A stretch of DNA of 64,000 nucleotides from Desulfocapsaceae bacterium (GCA_028697885.1 JAQVER010000001.1:19970-83969), one strand, 5' to 3'. Counted from the stretch's first letter, positions 15,983 to 26,313 are shown. The notes: a model not told the origin generated them from the letters alone. Made by a program: numbers and translations.

Positions 15983-17923
15983 TTAGTATTTTTCTTGCTC
16001 CCACATCTCGGGTAAGAATCGGACAACCCTGTTTCTTCCTTCGTTCTTGGCTCGATAGAGGGCTACGTCGGCAAATTTTATCGCCTCCCAGAAACCTTCT
16101 GTGTCTCCGGGGAATTCACTGGCGCCAATACTCAGAGTCTTTTTCAGGGTACCGTCAGGGACATTGATGACTGTAAGTTCCATGGTGCTACGAATTCTTT
16201 CGGCGAGGTCCAGAATATCTTGACTGCTTTTCACATCAATAAGCAGGATTACAAACTCTTCCCCACCATAACGGATGACCATATCTGATGCCCTGACGCA
16301 ACTTTTTAACACTTCTGCTGTTTTGATCAGGACCACATCTCCGGTCTCATGACCATAGGTGTCATTGACTTCTTTGAAGAAGTCCATGTCACACATCAGG
16401 ATGCCAACCATGGTTGCCCGGCGCATAGTGCTGGCCACCAAGGTGTCGGAGTAGGTCTCTAGGAAGCGTCTGTTGTAAAGATCGGTCATCGGGTCACGCA
16501 AGGTGGTCTCCTGCAGGGCCGAAGCAAAGCGTTTCCCCTCAATAACGGGTGTTGCCTCCTTGATGTAGCGGGAGGCCCTTTTTACCAGATACTCAAATTT
16601 CTTCCGTTCTTCTGCGGAGCTTCCCCGTTCAAGGAGCAATTGTACAACCCCGACCACTTTGCCGTTGGCCATCATGGGAGTGCAATGATGTTCAAATCGG
16701 TCTCCGTGTGGGAATTTTTTGCAGATCTCAGGAAATTCGAGGGAGGAAATATCATGCCCCGTGCGTTTTGCCCGGCAGAAGTTGGCATCGTCAAAAATCT
16801 CGGGGCTGCATACATTGTCAAAGTTCGAGGCATAGGCCACGGACATATTGTTTTTTGTGCCGGTAACTTCGTAAATATAAAGCTTATCCAGATGATAACG
16901 ATCGCAAAGGAGGTGGGCCAGACGCTGGTTGACTTCGGTCGTGGATTCTTCCTCCTCGATGATGGCCTTGAAGGTGTTGAGGCTGAAGGTATTGTCCACC
17001 ATGATGTTGAGCTGATGGGCCAGTTGTCCGACCTCGTCATTACTCTTGACCGTGATTCTCTGACAACGCTCACTGTCGCCTTTGGCAATCCAGGTGATTT
17101 TTTTCAGGATATCCTGCAGTGGCTTGGCGATAAGTAAGATGTAGAGCAGGGTGGCAACAGCCAGGATTGCGGCAATGCAGATTCCGATAAAAAGAGAACG
17201 GGAGGAGGTGGTGGTGATGATATTGTCCAGTTTTGTAAATTGATCCGTATGCTGGTTATTACTTGCCACGGCCATGGTAATACCGAGATCATATAGTTTG
17301 TCAAGGGAGTCGGTCAGGTCCGTCGTCAGCGTTTCCTTTTTCTCTGTAGGGCACTGATTGACCAGGCATTCGGTCAGGGCATGAAATGCTTGGTCGAGTA
17401 AACGTGATTCTTGGGCCACTGAGGCGACCAGAGTGTTCATCTGCGGATCCGTTGATTTCTGGACAGTGAACACATCAAGGGTCTTGTTGGCAACCTTGGC
17501 CACGTCCAATACTGGCCCCCCGTTCTGCAGAGCGTTGATCATGGTCTTTAGGTCACCCAGTCGTCGTTCATTGGCCAAGATGTTGCGGTTGTCTTCTTTG
17601 AGTTGCGGGGCATTGAGGGTGTAGATAAGTGAGATCTTGAATCCGTTGATGTTGCGTAAAATGTACTGACTTATCTTGTATTGAGGGATGGCTATATCTC
17701 TGATGACATGGTTTCGGTCTGCAATCCTTTGCAGGGCGACCGTATTAAAAGTGATCAACAGGGCGAAGCCAAGGAGGGAAACTACCAGCATGCCAATCAA
17801 TTTTCCGGTGATGCCTGTATCCAGGCATTTTTGGAAAAAAGATCCCAAGAGTGTATCTGATGAACAGGTTATGCCAAGCAGAGAGAACTTTTTGTTCGTA
17901 GAGATATTTGTTGCAGAAGGCAT
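15983..17923 (-). CDS. Membrane diguanylate cyclase (periplasmic sensor, HAMP, GAF-like, GGDEF)
   Basis: Two TM helices flank about 190 aa. The HAMP is PLQDILKKITWIAKGD..VGQLAHQLNIMV. The catalytic motif is RYGGEEF at about 16254-16268, with the I-site RASD five residues upstream. Confidence 0.88.
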   Translation of the reverse strand: MPSATNISTNKKFSLLGITCSSDTLLGSFFQKCLDTGITGKLIGMLVVSLLGFALLITFNTVALQRIADRNHVIRDIAIPQYKISQYILRNINGFKISLIYTLNAPQLKEDNRNILANERRLGDLKTMINALQNGGPVLDVAKVANKTLDVFTVQKSTDPQMNTLVASVAQESRLLDQAFHALTECLVNQCPTEKKETLTTDLTDSLDKLYDLGITMAVASNNQHTDQFTKLDNIITTTSSRSLFIGICIAAILAVATLLYILLIAKPLQDILKKITWIAKGDSERCQRITVKSNDEVGQLAHQLNIMVDNTFSLNTFKAIIEEEESTTEVNQRLAHLLCDRYHLDKLYIYEVTGTKNNMSVAYASNFDNVCSPEIFDDANFCRAKRTGHDISSLEFPEICKKFPHGDRFEHHCTPMMANGKVVGVVQLLLERGSSAEERKKFEYLVKRASRYIKEATPVIEGKRFASALQETTLRDPMTDLYNRRFLETYSDTLVASTMRRATMVGILMCDMDFFKEVNDTYGHETGDVVLIKTAEVLKSCVRASDMVIRYGGEEFVILLIDVKSSQDILDLAERIRSTMELTVINVPDGTLKKTLSIGASEFPGDTEGFWEAIKFADVALYRAKNEGRNRVVRFLPEMWEQEKY

Positions 17924-18053
17924 AGGGTAACCGAGTGTGGAGGGTGGTTAGATGATCTTTTTAGGGAATCTCGAAAACCCTAATTCCCAAGGTCCTTTTT
18001 GTTAGTATACTATTATCGGCATATGGAGGTGCTTGTCAAGGAAAGAGAGAGTT

Positions 18054-19028
18054 TTATTCCAATGACTTCTCAATTGTTGCGGTAGAATGGTTCATTACCA
18101 TGTTAATTGCCGAAAGATATTGTTCCTCTGTACTGGCTTTTTTTATTTTTTTCCAGATCTTTTGTTGCCCTGGGAATGAAGCCGCAAGATAAAACCAAAT
18201 CTGCTTCATCCTGCCGAGCAGATGGCTGGGGCCGGCAAGGCTTTTCTTGTAAACTTCATAGAGATCCTGATGGAAGGCCATCAGCATGGCGGCGCGTTGC
18301 TCGGCGCTGAATTGTTGGCCTTTGATCGTTCTGGCCAGAAAAGGGTCGGCCAGAACTCCCCGGCCGATCATCCAGCGCTGCACCGTGGGAAATTGTTTTT
18401 GCAGGCTGTGGAAGGTGACGGTGTCGGTGATGTCACCGTTGTAGACCAGTTGATGCCGGCTCAGCTCCAGACAATGGCCGAAACTCTCTGGATCGGTTGA
18501 TCCCTTGTAGAGTTGCTTGCCCAGACGGGTATGGATGATGATCTCTTTCAGCGGGTAGTCATTAAGCCGCGGCAGAAGTGCTGTCAGCTCATCCTTGTGG
18601 TTCAGACCCAGGCGTGTCTTGATGGAGAGCTGCATGGGCAGCTTGGGCAGAATCTGGTCGAGGAGGGAGATAATGGCCTCGGGATAGGGCAGCAGACCGG
18701 AACCCCGCCGTTTACGGGTGACCATGGGGGCCGGGCAACCCAGGTTCCAGTTGATGTGTGTGTATCCCAGGTCATGCAGTCGATGAGCCAGAGAGAGGAG
18801 GCCGTTTATCTCAGTATGGAGAAACTGCGGTACCACCGGTAAACTCTTATTCTCTTCAGGTTGAAGATCGCGAAGCTGCTTCGGATCAAAGGGTGAGTGC
18901 GGCTGCGGGTTGATAAAAGGGGCAACCGCCTGGTCAAAGCCGCCAAAATGGTGCTGAAACAGGTTGCGGAAGAGGCAGTCGGTAATCCCGCGAATGGGTG
19001 CGAGATAAAGAAAAGGCTGGTCAGTCAT
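18054..19028 (-). CDS. tRNA-dihydrouridine synthase family protein
   Basis: Starts LYLAPIRGITDCLFRNLF. It contains INWNLGCPAPMV and IHTRLGKQLYKG, consistent with a Dus-like TIM barrel. Confidence 0.8.
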   Translation of the reverse strand: MTDQPFLYLAPIRGITDCLFRNLFQHHFGGFDQAVAPFINPQPHSPFDPKQLRDLQPEENKSLPVVPQFLHTEINGLLSLAHRLHDLGYTHINWNLGCPAPMVTRKRRGSGLLPYPEAIISLLDQILPKLPMQLSIKTRLGLNHKDELTALLPRLNDYPLKEIIIHTRLGKQLYKGSTDPESFGHCLELSRHQLVYNGDITDTVTFHSLQKQFPTVQRWMIGRGVLADPFLARTIKGQQFSAEQRAAMLMAFHQDLYEVYKKSLAGPSHLLGRMKQIWFYLAASFPGQQKIWKKIKKASTEEQYLSAINMVMNHSTATIEKSLE

Positions 19029-19515
19029 TATCAGGCGAGACCTCGCGAATCCATCCTTCCACCTGGGCCAGGGTTGGTTTGATACCGGCGACCTTGATCT
19101 GGCCGTTGATCATCAGGGCAGGGGTCGAGGTAACTCCCAGGCGCCAGATCTCATCCCGATCATGAATCTGTTCGATGTCGGCGGCAACTCCAGCCCGTTC
19201 CATGGCGTCGATGACCATGGTCTGCAGGCCGTTGCAGCTGATACAGCCCGTCCCCAGGATGCGGATGGTCAGTCCCTGCTCCTGCTCATCATGGATGCCC
19301 AGGAGCTTACGGTATTCCCGGCCTATGGCTTCCTGGTATTTTTCGACCATGGTGGGAGGGATATAGTTGTGCTCTTTGACAGCCCGGAAAATAAAAGCGA
19401 CTGCCTGATCTATGGGCATCTCTGCGGTCAAGGCCTTGTTTAAAGCAATGTCGACTCCGATCAGGCCAATGGAACTCTTGCCGATCCTGATCATTCGTTG
19501 GGTAGGACTATCCAT
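19021..19515 (-). CDS. Thioredoxin-fold protein (redox-active disulfide protein 2 / MTH895-like CxxC module) with an unassigned N-terminal domain of about 85 aa
   Basis: The C-terminal half is IRILGTGCISCNGLQTMVIDAMERAGVAADIEQIHDRDEIWRLGVTSTPALMINGQIKV. Its stop overlaps the dus start by 8 nt (ATGACTGA). Confidence 0.7.
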   Translation of the reverse strand: MDSPTQRMIRIGKSSIGLIGVDIALNKALTAEMPIDQAVAFIFRAVKEHNYIPPTMVEKYQEAIGREYRKLLGIHDEQEQGLTIRILGTGCISCNGLQTMVIDAMERAGVAADIEQIHDRDEIWRLGVTSTPALMINGQIKVAGIKPTLAQVEGWIREVSPDND

Positions 19516-19610
19516 ATTTGTGCTGATGTGGTAATTGTAGAAGGACTTTTGATACGTTAATTTCTAACCTCTATTTCTTTGCATCTTACGATAATCCAAA
19601 GTGCTGGCAG

Positions 19611-21131
19611 ATGGAAGAAGAAAGAAGCAATACCCTTCATGACCTGACATTGTTGCGTCTAAGGCTTGGGAGTTATCCGCAACAGCTGATTACGGCCCTT
19701 TTACGGGTGGCGGAGCGACATGTGCTGGACTTTTTTGTCATTGGCGGCACAGTGCGGGATTGGCTGCTGGGCAGGGCTCCGGCCGATCTTGACATCACGG
19801 TGGCCCATGACGCCGTCTCCTGTTGTCGTGACCTGATTGCGGAGTTGGGCCGGGGGACCTTCGTACCCCTCGGCTGCTTTGAGAAGGATGCTGGACGGGT
19901 GGTGTGGCAGGGGTTGACTATTGATTTTTCCAGCTTTCGGCAAGGGGCGCGAGATATTGAAGCCGATCTTAGCCTCCGGGATTATACGATCAATGCCATG
20001 GGGGTTTCCCTTGCCTCGCTGGTGGACGGATCGGTTGCGCCGCGTTTGATCGACCCCCTGCATGGTGTTCAGGACCTGGAAGAGCGTCTCCTTCGTGCCT
20101 GTCCTCATGCCTTTGTTGCGGATCCTCTGCGGATGCTCCGTGGATACCGCTTGAGTGCCACCCTGGGTTTCAGGATAGACGAGGCGACGAGATCGGAGAT
20201 CGAGCGCCATGTACTGCTGATCTGTGAGGTTTCCGTTGAACGGATCGGTCATGAGCTGGATCTGATCATGGACTCTGATCGGGCCTACACAGTGATCGAG
20301 GAAATGGCACAAGTCGGCTTGCTCTCGCAGATTATTCCCGAACTTGCCAAAGGCGTGGGGATGGAACAGCCGGGATTCCATCATCTGGATGTATTCCATC
20401 ACAGTTTGGCAGCACTCGGATTCATGGAGGAGATTGTGGCAAGCCCCGACCGCTTTTATCCGGAGAATGCGGCCAGAATAAAGGAGTATATTGCTCAGCC
20501 GGGGATGAAGGTGCGGCTGAAATGGGCGGCCCTGCTCCATGATCTGGGGAAACCTGTGACCATGGATATCCGTGCTGACAAGGACGGCCGGGTCACTTTC
20601 TATGGCCATGATCAGGCGGGAAAGGATCTGGTGTTGAGGTTGGGCCGGGAATGGCGATGGAGCAATGAGAAGCGGGAAAGAATTGCCGGGCTGATCGGGA
20701 TGCATATGCAGCCTTTTCATCTCTGTAATGTCCGGCGGGAACAGCCTTTGAGCCGGAAGGCCTGTCTGAATCTCAGTAAAAAGGCAGAAGAGGATCTGAT
20801 TGGCCTCTTCCTTCTTGCTATGTCTGACAGTCTGGCGGGAAAAGGGGAGAAAAAACCGCCAAGCATGGAGGCGGAACTGGCCGCTTTGCTGGGTGAGGTT
20901 CTGAAAATTTATGAGCAATATATTCAGCCTGTTGTCAAGAATCCTCGTTTGTTGAGTGGTCAGGATCTGATTGCATTATTTTCATTATCGCCAGGTCCTC
21001 TTTTTGCAAAGATCCTTGACGCGCTTCAGGTGGCGCAGGTGGAAGGTGAGGTAGTTTCAGTGGAAGACGCGCAACAATGGGTCCGCCAGTATCTTGCGCA
21101 GATCCAAGAAGCCGGGGAGAGTGAGACCTAA
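19611..21131 (+). CDS. cca: CCA tRNA nucleotidyltransferase (poly(A) polymerase family head plus HD domain)
   Basis: Shows FVIGGTVRDWLLGRAPADLDITV, RDYTINAM, and HD-like LLHDLGKP..GHD. Confidence 0.85.
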   Translation: MEEERSNTLHDLTLLRLRLGSYPQQLITALLRVAERHVLDFFVIGGTVRDWLLGRAPADLDITVAHDAVSCCRDLIAELGRGTFVPLGCFEKDAGRVVWQGLTIDFSSFRQGARDIEADLSLRDYTINAMGVSLASLVDGSVAPRLIDPLHGVQDLEERLLRACPHAFVADPLRMLRGYRLSATLGFRIDEATRSEIERHVLLICEVSVERIGHELDLIMDSDRAYTVIEEMAQVGLLSQIIPELAKGVGMEQPGFHHLDVFHHSLAALGFMEEIVASPDRFYPENAARIKEYIAQPGMKVRLKWAALLHDLGKPVTMDIRADKDGRVTFYGHDQAGKDLVLRLGREWRWSNEKRERIAGLIGMHMQPFHLCNVRREQPLSRKACLNLSKKAEEDLIGLFLLAMSDSLAGKGEKKPPSMEAELAALLGEVLKIYEQYIQPVVKNPRLLSGQDLIALFSLSPGPLFAKILDALQVAQVEGEVVSVEDAQQWVRQYLAQIQEAGESET

Positions 21132-21264
21132 GAACGGCGACGGCCATGGATGGCCTAATGCAGTGCAAGCCGGGGAAAGCGGGAACGGTAATGTCAAGGC
21201 TGTGTCACCTTGTTTTCCGTCTTGTCAAAGAATTATAAATGGAATAAAGTGCGAAAATAAACAT

Positions 21265-21906
21265 ATGCGTAAAGTAAAAGACTTTTATTATAAGAAGGCC
21301 AAACAGGACAAGTATCCTGCCCGTTCCATTTACAAGCTGGAAGAGGCGCAGAAAAAGTATCATTTCCTGCGTCGTGGTGATTCGGTGCTGGATCTGGGAT
21401 GCTGCCCTGGAAGCTGGTCACTCTACGCCTCGGAGACAGTTGGTGAAACTGGTATCGTGGTGGCCGTTGATCTTCAGGAGAGTGAAAAGGCCCCGCGGTC
21501 TGGTGGTGCTCCTATTCACTGGATTGTTGCGGATATTATGGATCCTGAACTGGTGCAGCAGGTGCGGAAAATCAGGCCGGCCTTTAAGGTTCTGATCTCA
21601 GATCTTGCCCCGAAAACCACGGGTAATCGCTGGGCCGATCATCAACAATCGTTGAATCTGGTGCGCCAGACCTTGTTTATGGCCGAGACTCTGCTGCATG
21701 AGAAAGGACATTTTTTCTGCAAGGCCTTTCAGGGTGAAGACTTTCCTGCTTTTGTGCTGGAAGTTCAGGCCCGTTTTGAGCAGGTCAAGGTCGTAAAACC
21801 CAAAAGCTCCCGAACAGAGAGCAGAGAAGTTTTTGTCCTGGGCATGGGGTTTAAGAAGACAAAAGGGATACCTGGCAAGGAAGAACAGCAGCCCCTTGGC
21901 TGTTGA
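21265..21906 (+). CDS. rlmE: 23S rRNA (uridine2552-2'-O)-methyltransferase RlmE/FtsJ
   Basis: MRKVKDFYYKKAKQDKYPARSIYKLEEAQKKY..VLDLGCCPGSWS..ISDLAPKTTG. The track ORF (21094) adds a 57-aa extension that overlaps cca. ATG 21265 gives the usual length of about 213 aa. Confidence 0.88.
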   Translation: MRKVKDFYYKKAKQDKYPARSIYKLEEAQKKYHFLRRGDSVLDLGCCPGSWSLYASETVGETGIVVAVDLQESEKAPRSGGAPIHWIVADIMDPELVQQVRKIRPAFKVLISDLAPKTTGNRWADHQQSLNLVRQTLFMAETLLHEKGHFFCKAFQGEDFPAFVLEVQARFEQVKVVKPKSSRTESREVFVLGMGFKKTKGIPGKEEQQPLGC

Positions 21907-22000
21907 GTCAACTTGCACTCCTTAGCCTGCAACCTTCAGTATCGTCTTTTACATTTTAATTATCACTTTATTACTTTTAACTCTTTTTCAGGAACACATC

Positions 22001-22750
22001 ATGTCAGGACATTCCAAGTGGTCAACAATCAAGCATAAGAAGGGCGCGACCGATGCCAAACGAGGCAAGATTTTTACCCGGTTGATCAAAGAGATCACCG
22101 TAGCTGCCCGGATGGGTGGCGGTGACCCCGACGGCAATCCTCGGTTGCGTTCCGCCATCGCTTCTGCCAAAACAGAAAACATGCCGAAAGACAATATCGT
22201 CCGAGCCATCAAGAAAGGCACCGGCGAGCTGGAAGGAGCCGTTTATGATGAGATCCTCTATGAGGGCTATGGGCCGGGTGGGGTGGCGGTGCTCGTTGAG
22301 TGCATGACGGATAACCGGAACCGGACCGTTGCCGATGTGCGCCATTTCTTTGCCAAGAGCAATGGAAACTTGGGGGAGTCCGGCTGTGTCGCCTGGATGT
22401 TCGACAAGAAAGGGCTGCTGCAGGTGGAAAAGGAGGGGATTTCGGAAGAGCAATTGATGGAGATGGCCCTTGAGGCCGGAGCTGAGGATGTGCTGGAGGA
22501 AGATGACGAGTTCCAGGTGATCACTGCTCCCGAGTCCTTTGATGCGGTTCGTGATGCCCTCGAGGCCCACAAGGTGCGGTTCATTGACGCCTCCATCACC
22601 ATGATCCCCCAGAACAATATTGAAGTGACCGATGAGAAGATCGCCATCTCCCTGCTCAAGTTGCTGGAAAATCTTGAGGATCATGATGATGTTCAGACGG
22701 TGCACGCCAATTTTGATATTGACGATGAACTAATGGAGAAACTGTCATAG
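22001..22750 (+). CDS. yebC: YebC/PmpR family DNA-binding transcriptional regulator
   Basis: [50 protein letters not shown]. Confidence 0.93.
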   Translation: MSGHSKWSTIKHKKGATDAKRGKIFTRLIKEITVAARMGGGDPDGNPRLRSAIASAKTENMPKDNIVRAIKKGTGELEGAVYDEILYEGYGPGGVAVLVECMTDNRNRTVADVRHFFAKSNGNLGESGCVAWMFDKKGLLQVEKEGISEEQLMEMALEAGAEDVLEEDDEFQVITAPESFDAVRDALEAHKVRFIDASITMIPQNNIEVTDEKIAISLLKLLENLEDHDDVQTVHANFDIDDELMEKLS

Positions 22751-22796
22751 CTGGTGCCGGGGTGGCAGGGAGTTTTCAATCTACAGTTCTTTTGCC

Positions 22797-23264
22797 ATGA
22801 CCCGCATCCTGGGCATTGATCCCGGTTCCCGGTTGACTGGTTACGGTGTGATCGAGGTTGTTTCCGGCAGGATATGCTTTGTGGCCTGCGGGGTGGTGAA
22901 AACGACTCAGCAATTTCCTTTTGCCCATCGCCTCAATGAGATCTTTGATGGAATCAATGAGGTTATTCAGCTCCACAATCCCGAGGTCGCGGCAGTTGAG
23001 GATGTGTTCATGGCCAGCAATGCCAGCTCTGCTCTCAAACTTGGTCAGGCCAGGGGGGCGGCCGTGGTTGCGGCCATGCAGAATGGCCTGGGAGTTCATG
23101 ATTACAGTGCCAAAAAAGTTAAACGGTCTGTTGTGGGCTACGGTCAGGCCGAAAAAGGGCAGGTGCAGCATATGATCAAAGTCTTGCTGGGTCTTTCTTC
23201 CTTGCCTAGTACTGATGCTGCCGATGCTCTGGCGGTTGCAATTTGCCATGCCCATCATCTGTGA
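22797..23264 (+). CDS. ruvC: Crossover junction endodeoxyribonuclease RuvC
   Basis: Shows MTRILGIDPGSRLTGYGVIE and the C-terminal DAADALAVAICH. Confidence 0.93.
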   Translation: MTRILGIDPGSRLTGYGVIEVVSGRICFVACGVVKTTQQFPFAHRLNEIFDGINEVIQLHNPEVAAVEDVFMASNASSALKLGQARGAAVVAAMQNGLGVHDYSAKKVKRSVVGYGQAEKGQVQHMIKVLLGLSSLPSTDAADALAVAICHAHHL

Positions 23265-23314
23265 AAGAACAATTCTCAAAATCACTCTTTCGTCTTTGTT
23301 TTCCCTGAAATGAT

Positions 23315-23947
23315 ATGATTGCCACCCTGACAGGAAATGTACTGATGACAGGCCCGGATCGGGCCGTTATTGATGTAGGGGGGGTGGGATATGAGGTCTT
23401 CCTCTCCTCGGATGGATTGGCCCGTCTGCCCGAAAAGAACAGTCAGATCTTTCTCCATATTCATACCCATGTCCGGGAGGATGCTATCGTCCTCTTTGGT
23501 TTTCTGGAGGTGGAAGAAAAGGAGCTGTTTCTTATTCTCAAGACGGTATCCGGTATTGGTCCTAAGCTCGGTCTTGCCATTCTCTCCGGGATGCCGGTGG
23601 CGGATCTGTGTCAGGCCATTGTTCGTGAAGATATCAGTCGTCTCACTACCTTGCAGGGGGTGGGGAAAAGGACAGCCGAGCGGCTGTGTGTGGAGTTGAA
23701 GGACAAGGTCAGTCATCTGCAGGGCGCGGGGGAAGGGCGTGAAGGTGTGGCGGAAAAGGTAACATCCCTGTCTGCGGCTCCCGGTGGCGCGGTTTTAGAT
23801 ACCCTGTCGGCGCTGGTCAACCTCGGCTATCCTGACCCTGTGGCCAGACAGGCCTTGACTGTAGTGAAAAAACGGGTGGGGGCCGCCTCTTTTGCGACAA
23901 TGCAGATTGAAGAACTTATCCGGGAAACCTTGCGGACTCTAGCATGA
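23315..23947 (+). CDS. ruvA: Holliday junction branch migration complex subunit RuvA
   Basis: Shows MIATLTGNV...[14 protein letters not shown] and the HhH segments [14 protein letters not shown] and [12 protein letters not shown]. Confidence 0.93.
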   Translation: MIATLTGNVLMTGPDRAVIDVGGVGYEVFLSSDGLARLPEKNSQIFLHIHTHVREDAIVLFGFLEVEEKELFLILKTVSGIGPKLGLAILSGMPVADLCQAIVREDISRLTTLQGVGKRTAERLCVELKDKVSHLQGAGEGREGVAEKVTSLSAAPGGAVLDTLSALVNLGYPDPVARQALTVVKKRVGAASFATMQIEELIRETLRTLA

Positions 23948-25005
23948 ATATTGAGGAAGAAATAGGCGTTGGTGAACGTCTGGTCACTCCAAGGGCTGTC
24001 AGTCGTGAACCTTTGAATGAGTATGATTTACGGCCCAAAAGACTGGTGGACTATATTGGGCAAGAGGGACTGCGCAAGAGTCTGGATATCTTTATCCGTG
24101 CCGCTAAAGGGCGCGGCGAGCCTTTGGATCATGTCCTGTTCCATGGCTTCCCCGGTCTTGGTAAAACCACCCTCTCTCATATTATCGCCAATGAAATGGA
24201 TGCCGGGATTAAGGTGACTTCCGGCCCGGTCATTGAGCGCCAAGGCGATCTTGCCGCCATTCTCACCAGCCTGCAGGAAGGGGATGTCCTTTTTATTGAT
24301 GAGATCCATCGCTTGAATCATGCTGTGGAAGAGATCCTCTATCCGGCTATGGAGGATTTTCAGCTTGATCTTATTATTGGTCAGGGGCCTGGCGCCAGGT
24401 CTGTGCGCATGGATCTGCCCCGTTTTACCCTGGTTGGTGCCACTACGCGGACCGGTCTGCTGACTCCGCCATTGCGAGATCGTTTCGGAGTTGTTCTCCG
24501 TCTTGAATTGTATGCCCCTGAAGAACTGGTCATCATTGTTCAGCGTTCGGCCCTGATCTTGGGGATGCGGATTGATGCCAGTGGAGCCCTTGAGCTTGGC
24601 CGTCGGTCGCGGGGTACCCCTAGAATTGCCAATCGGCTATTGCGGCGGGTGCGAGATTTTGCCGAGGTCGGGAATCACACAGTCATTGATGCTGGGGTTG
24701 CTGATGCGGCCCTGAATATGTTGAACGTGGATGGCTTTGGCCTGGATGAGATGGATCGGCGGATTATTCTGACCATCATCGATACCTTTCAGGGCGGTCC
24801 CATTGGTCTTGATACCCTGGCCACGGTGGTCTGTGAAGAAAAAAATACCCTGGAAGATGTTTATGAACCCTTTCTGATCCAGTCTGGATTTCTGGCCAGA
24901 ACCCCTCGGGGACGGATGGCCACCATGAAGGCTTATCAGCACTTTAACCGGACACTTCCACAGCCGGGAAGCCGTCAGCCTTCACTTTTTGATATCGGAG
25001 AATAA
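23944..25005 (+). CDS. ruvB: Holliday junction DNA helicase RuvB
   Basis: Shows [39 protein letters not shown] and RTPRGR. There is a 4-nt ATGA overlap with ruvA. Confidence 0.95.
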   Translation: MNIEEEIGVGERLVTPRAVSREPLNEYDLRPKRLVDYIGQEGLRKSLDIFIRAAKGRGEPLDHVLFHGFPGLGKTTLSHIIANEMDAGIKVTSGPVIERQGDLAAILTSLQEGDVLFIDEIHRLNHAVEEILYPAMEDFQLDLIIGQGPGARSVRMDLPRFTLVGATTRTGLLTPPLRDRFGVVLRLELYAPEELVIIVQRSALILGMRIDASGALELGRRSRGTPRIANRLLRRVRDFAEVGNHTVIDAGVADAALNMLNVDGFGLDEMDRRIILTIIDTFQGGPIGLDTLATVVCEEKNTLEDVYEPFLIQSGFLARTPRGRMATMKAYQHFNRTLPQPGSRQPSLFDIGE

Positions 25006-25008
25006 CCC

Positions 25009-25848
25009 ATGGCCAAAAGAAAAACCGTAGCTGATATCCTTGCCATGAAAGCAGCAGGCAAGAAAGTCACCATCCTTACCGCCTATGATGCCTCCATGGC
25101 AGCTCTCCTGGCAGGCTGCGATGTGGATGTCCTGCTGGTGGGGGATTCGCTTGGTATGGTGGTGCTTGGCTATGATTCCACGGTACCGGTGACCATGGAG
25201 GAGATGATCCATCATGCGGCTGCAGTCAGGCGGGGGGCACCCGGTGCCTTTGTCATTGGCGATATGCCCTTTGGTTCGTATCAGAGCAGTCCGCGTGATG
25301 CCATTATCAATGGCACCAGATTTCTCAAAGAGGCGGGATGCGATGCGGTGAAGCTGGAAGGTGGAATGGAGGTCTGTGCGACGGTGGCAGCTATGGTCGG
25401 GGCCGGTATCTCAGTGATGGGCCATATCGGCCTGACTCCCCAGACAGCCACCCAACTAGGCGGCTACAAGGTGCAGGGCAGGGATCTGGAATCAGCCAGG
25501 AAGATGGTTGCAGCGGCAAAAGGCCTGCAGCAGGCCGGTGCCTTTGGCCTGGTTCTCGAGTGTATCCCTGATCAACTGGCCAGGATTATATCTGACACCC
25601 TCTCTATCCCTACCATCGGCATTGGTGCCGGTGTCCATTGTGATGGCCAGGTGCTGGTGACCCATGACCTTTTAGGGATGTTTGAAAAATTTATTCCTAG
25701 TTTTGTCAAAACCTATACCAGCCTTGCCCCTTTGATCAAAGAAAATGTGACTTGCTATGTCGAGGAAGTGCGCCGTGGGGTGTTCCCTGATGAAGCCCAC
25801 AGCTTTACAACCCAGTTTGATTTCAGTGAGCTTGTGAGGCAAAAATAA
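25009..25848 (+). CDS. panB: 3-methyl-2-oxobutanoate hydroxymethyltransferase
   Basis: Shows ILTAYDASMAALL...VLLVGDSLGMVVLGYDSTVPVTMEEMIHH, VKLEGG and GHIGLTPQ. Confidence 0.93.
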   Translation: MAKRKTVADILAMKAAGKKVTILTAYDASMAALLAGCDVDVLLVGDSLGMVVLGYDSTVPVTMEEMIHHAAAVRRGAPGAFVIGDMPFGSYQSSPRDAIINGTRFLKEAGCDAVKLEGGMEVCATVAAMVGAGISVMGHIGLTPQTATQLGGYKVQGRDLESARKMVAAAKGLQQAGAFGLVLECIPDQLARIISDTLSIPTIGIGAGVHCDGQVLVTHDLLGMFEKFIPSFVKTYTSLAPLIKENVTCYVEEVRRGVFPDEAHSFTTQFDFSELVRQK

Positions 25849-25886
25849 TAGGGTTTCGAAATCTTATTTATTATTGACTTTCAACT

Positions 25887-25936
25887 CCGCCTGCTCTTCT
25901 TTGAGAAGAAGAGCAGGCGGGACGTTTTTTCTTTTT
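25887..25936 (+). terminator. Rho-independent terminator after panB
   Basis: A 15-bp perfect stem, CCGCCTGCTCTTCTT-TGAG-AAGAAGAGCAGGCGG, is followed by GACGTTTTTTCTTTTT. Confidence 0.8.
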
Positions 25937-26222
25937 ACCTGATGTTTTTGCTTTGCGTCTGACTATCTTTGTGGATCTCATTTTTTTCTCCTGTATCCTT
26001 CTGTTGATTCCAGAAAAATATCCGTAATATTTAAATAATAATTTCATTGTGATGGTTTGTCTGTAGGGCAAGTTGTCATGGAGTTATTTCCTCAATGATG
26101 ATTCTGTATGTCTTTATTTATGCCTTCTGTTGTGCTCATTTATTTGACTCTATACACTCTGTAGTGTCTGTGCCTTTAGCTACCTGAAGGTAATCGTTTT
26201 TGTATAAAATTGGGGAAAAATC

Positions 26223-26250
26223 TTGACAAGTGGGTTCTTCCTGCTATAAA
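26223..26250 (+). promoter_or_regulatory. Sigma70-like promoter of the dcw cluster
   Basis: TTGACA (26223-26228), a 16-nt spacer, then TATAAA (26245-26250), about 65 nt upstream of the mraZ ATG. Confidence 0.55.
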
Positions 26251-26260
26251 AGGGTATATA

Positions 26261-26310
26261 GTGGTGTAAAGTGGTGAAGAGGGGAGTGAGGTGGATAAGG
26301 GTGGCGGGGG
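26261..26310 (+). promoter_or_regulatory. Array of five 10-bp-phased GTGG boxes (putative MraZ operator)
   Basis: GTGGTGTAAA|GTGGTGAAGA|GGGGAGTGAG|GTGGATAAGG|GTGGCGGGGG lies directly between the -10 element and the mraZ start (26314). Confidence 0.6.
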
Positions 26311-26313
26311 GCC

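Noticed and set aside
19701-20918. A 405-aa minus-strand ORF.
   Set aside because: It is antisense to the CCA-adding enzyme gene. Its composition is Pro/Arg/His/Gln-rich and non-protein-like, and it has no motifs.
21094-21264. The 57-codon N-terminal extension of the rlmE ORF in the track.
   Set aside because: It overlaps the 3' end of cca and encodes low-complexity sequence. The RlmE homology begins at ATG 21265 (MRKVKDFYYKK).
25871-26071. A 66-aa minus-strand ORF in the panB-mraZ spacer.
   Set aside because: It is Lys/Arg-rich low complexity and spans the panB terminator hairpin. It has no SD, so it is probably not coding.
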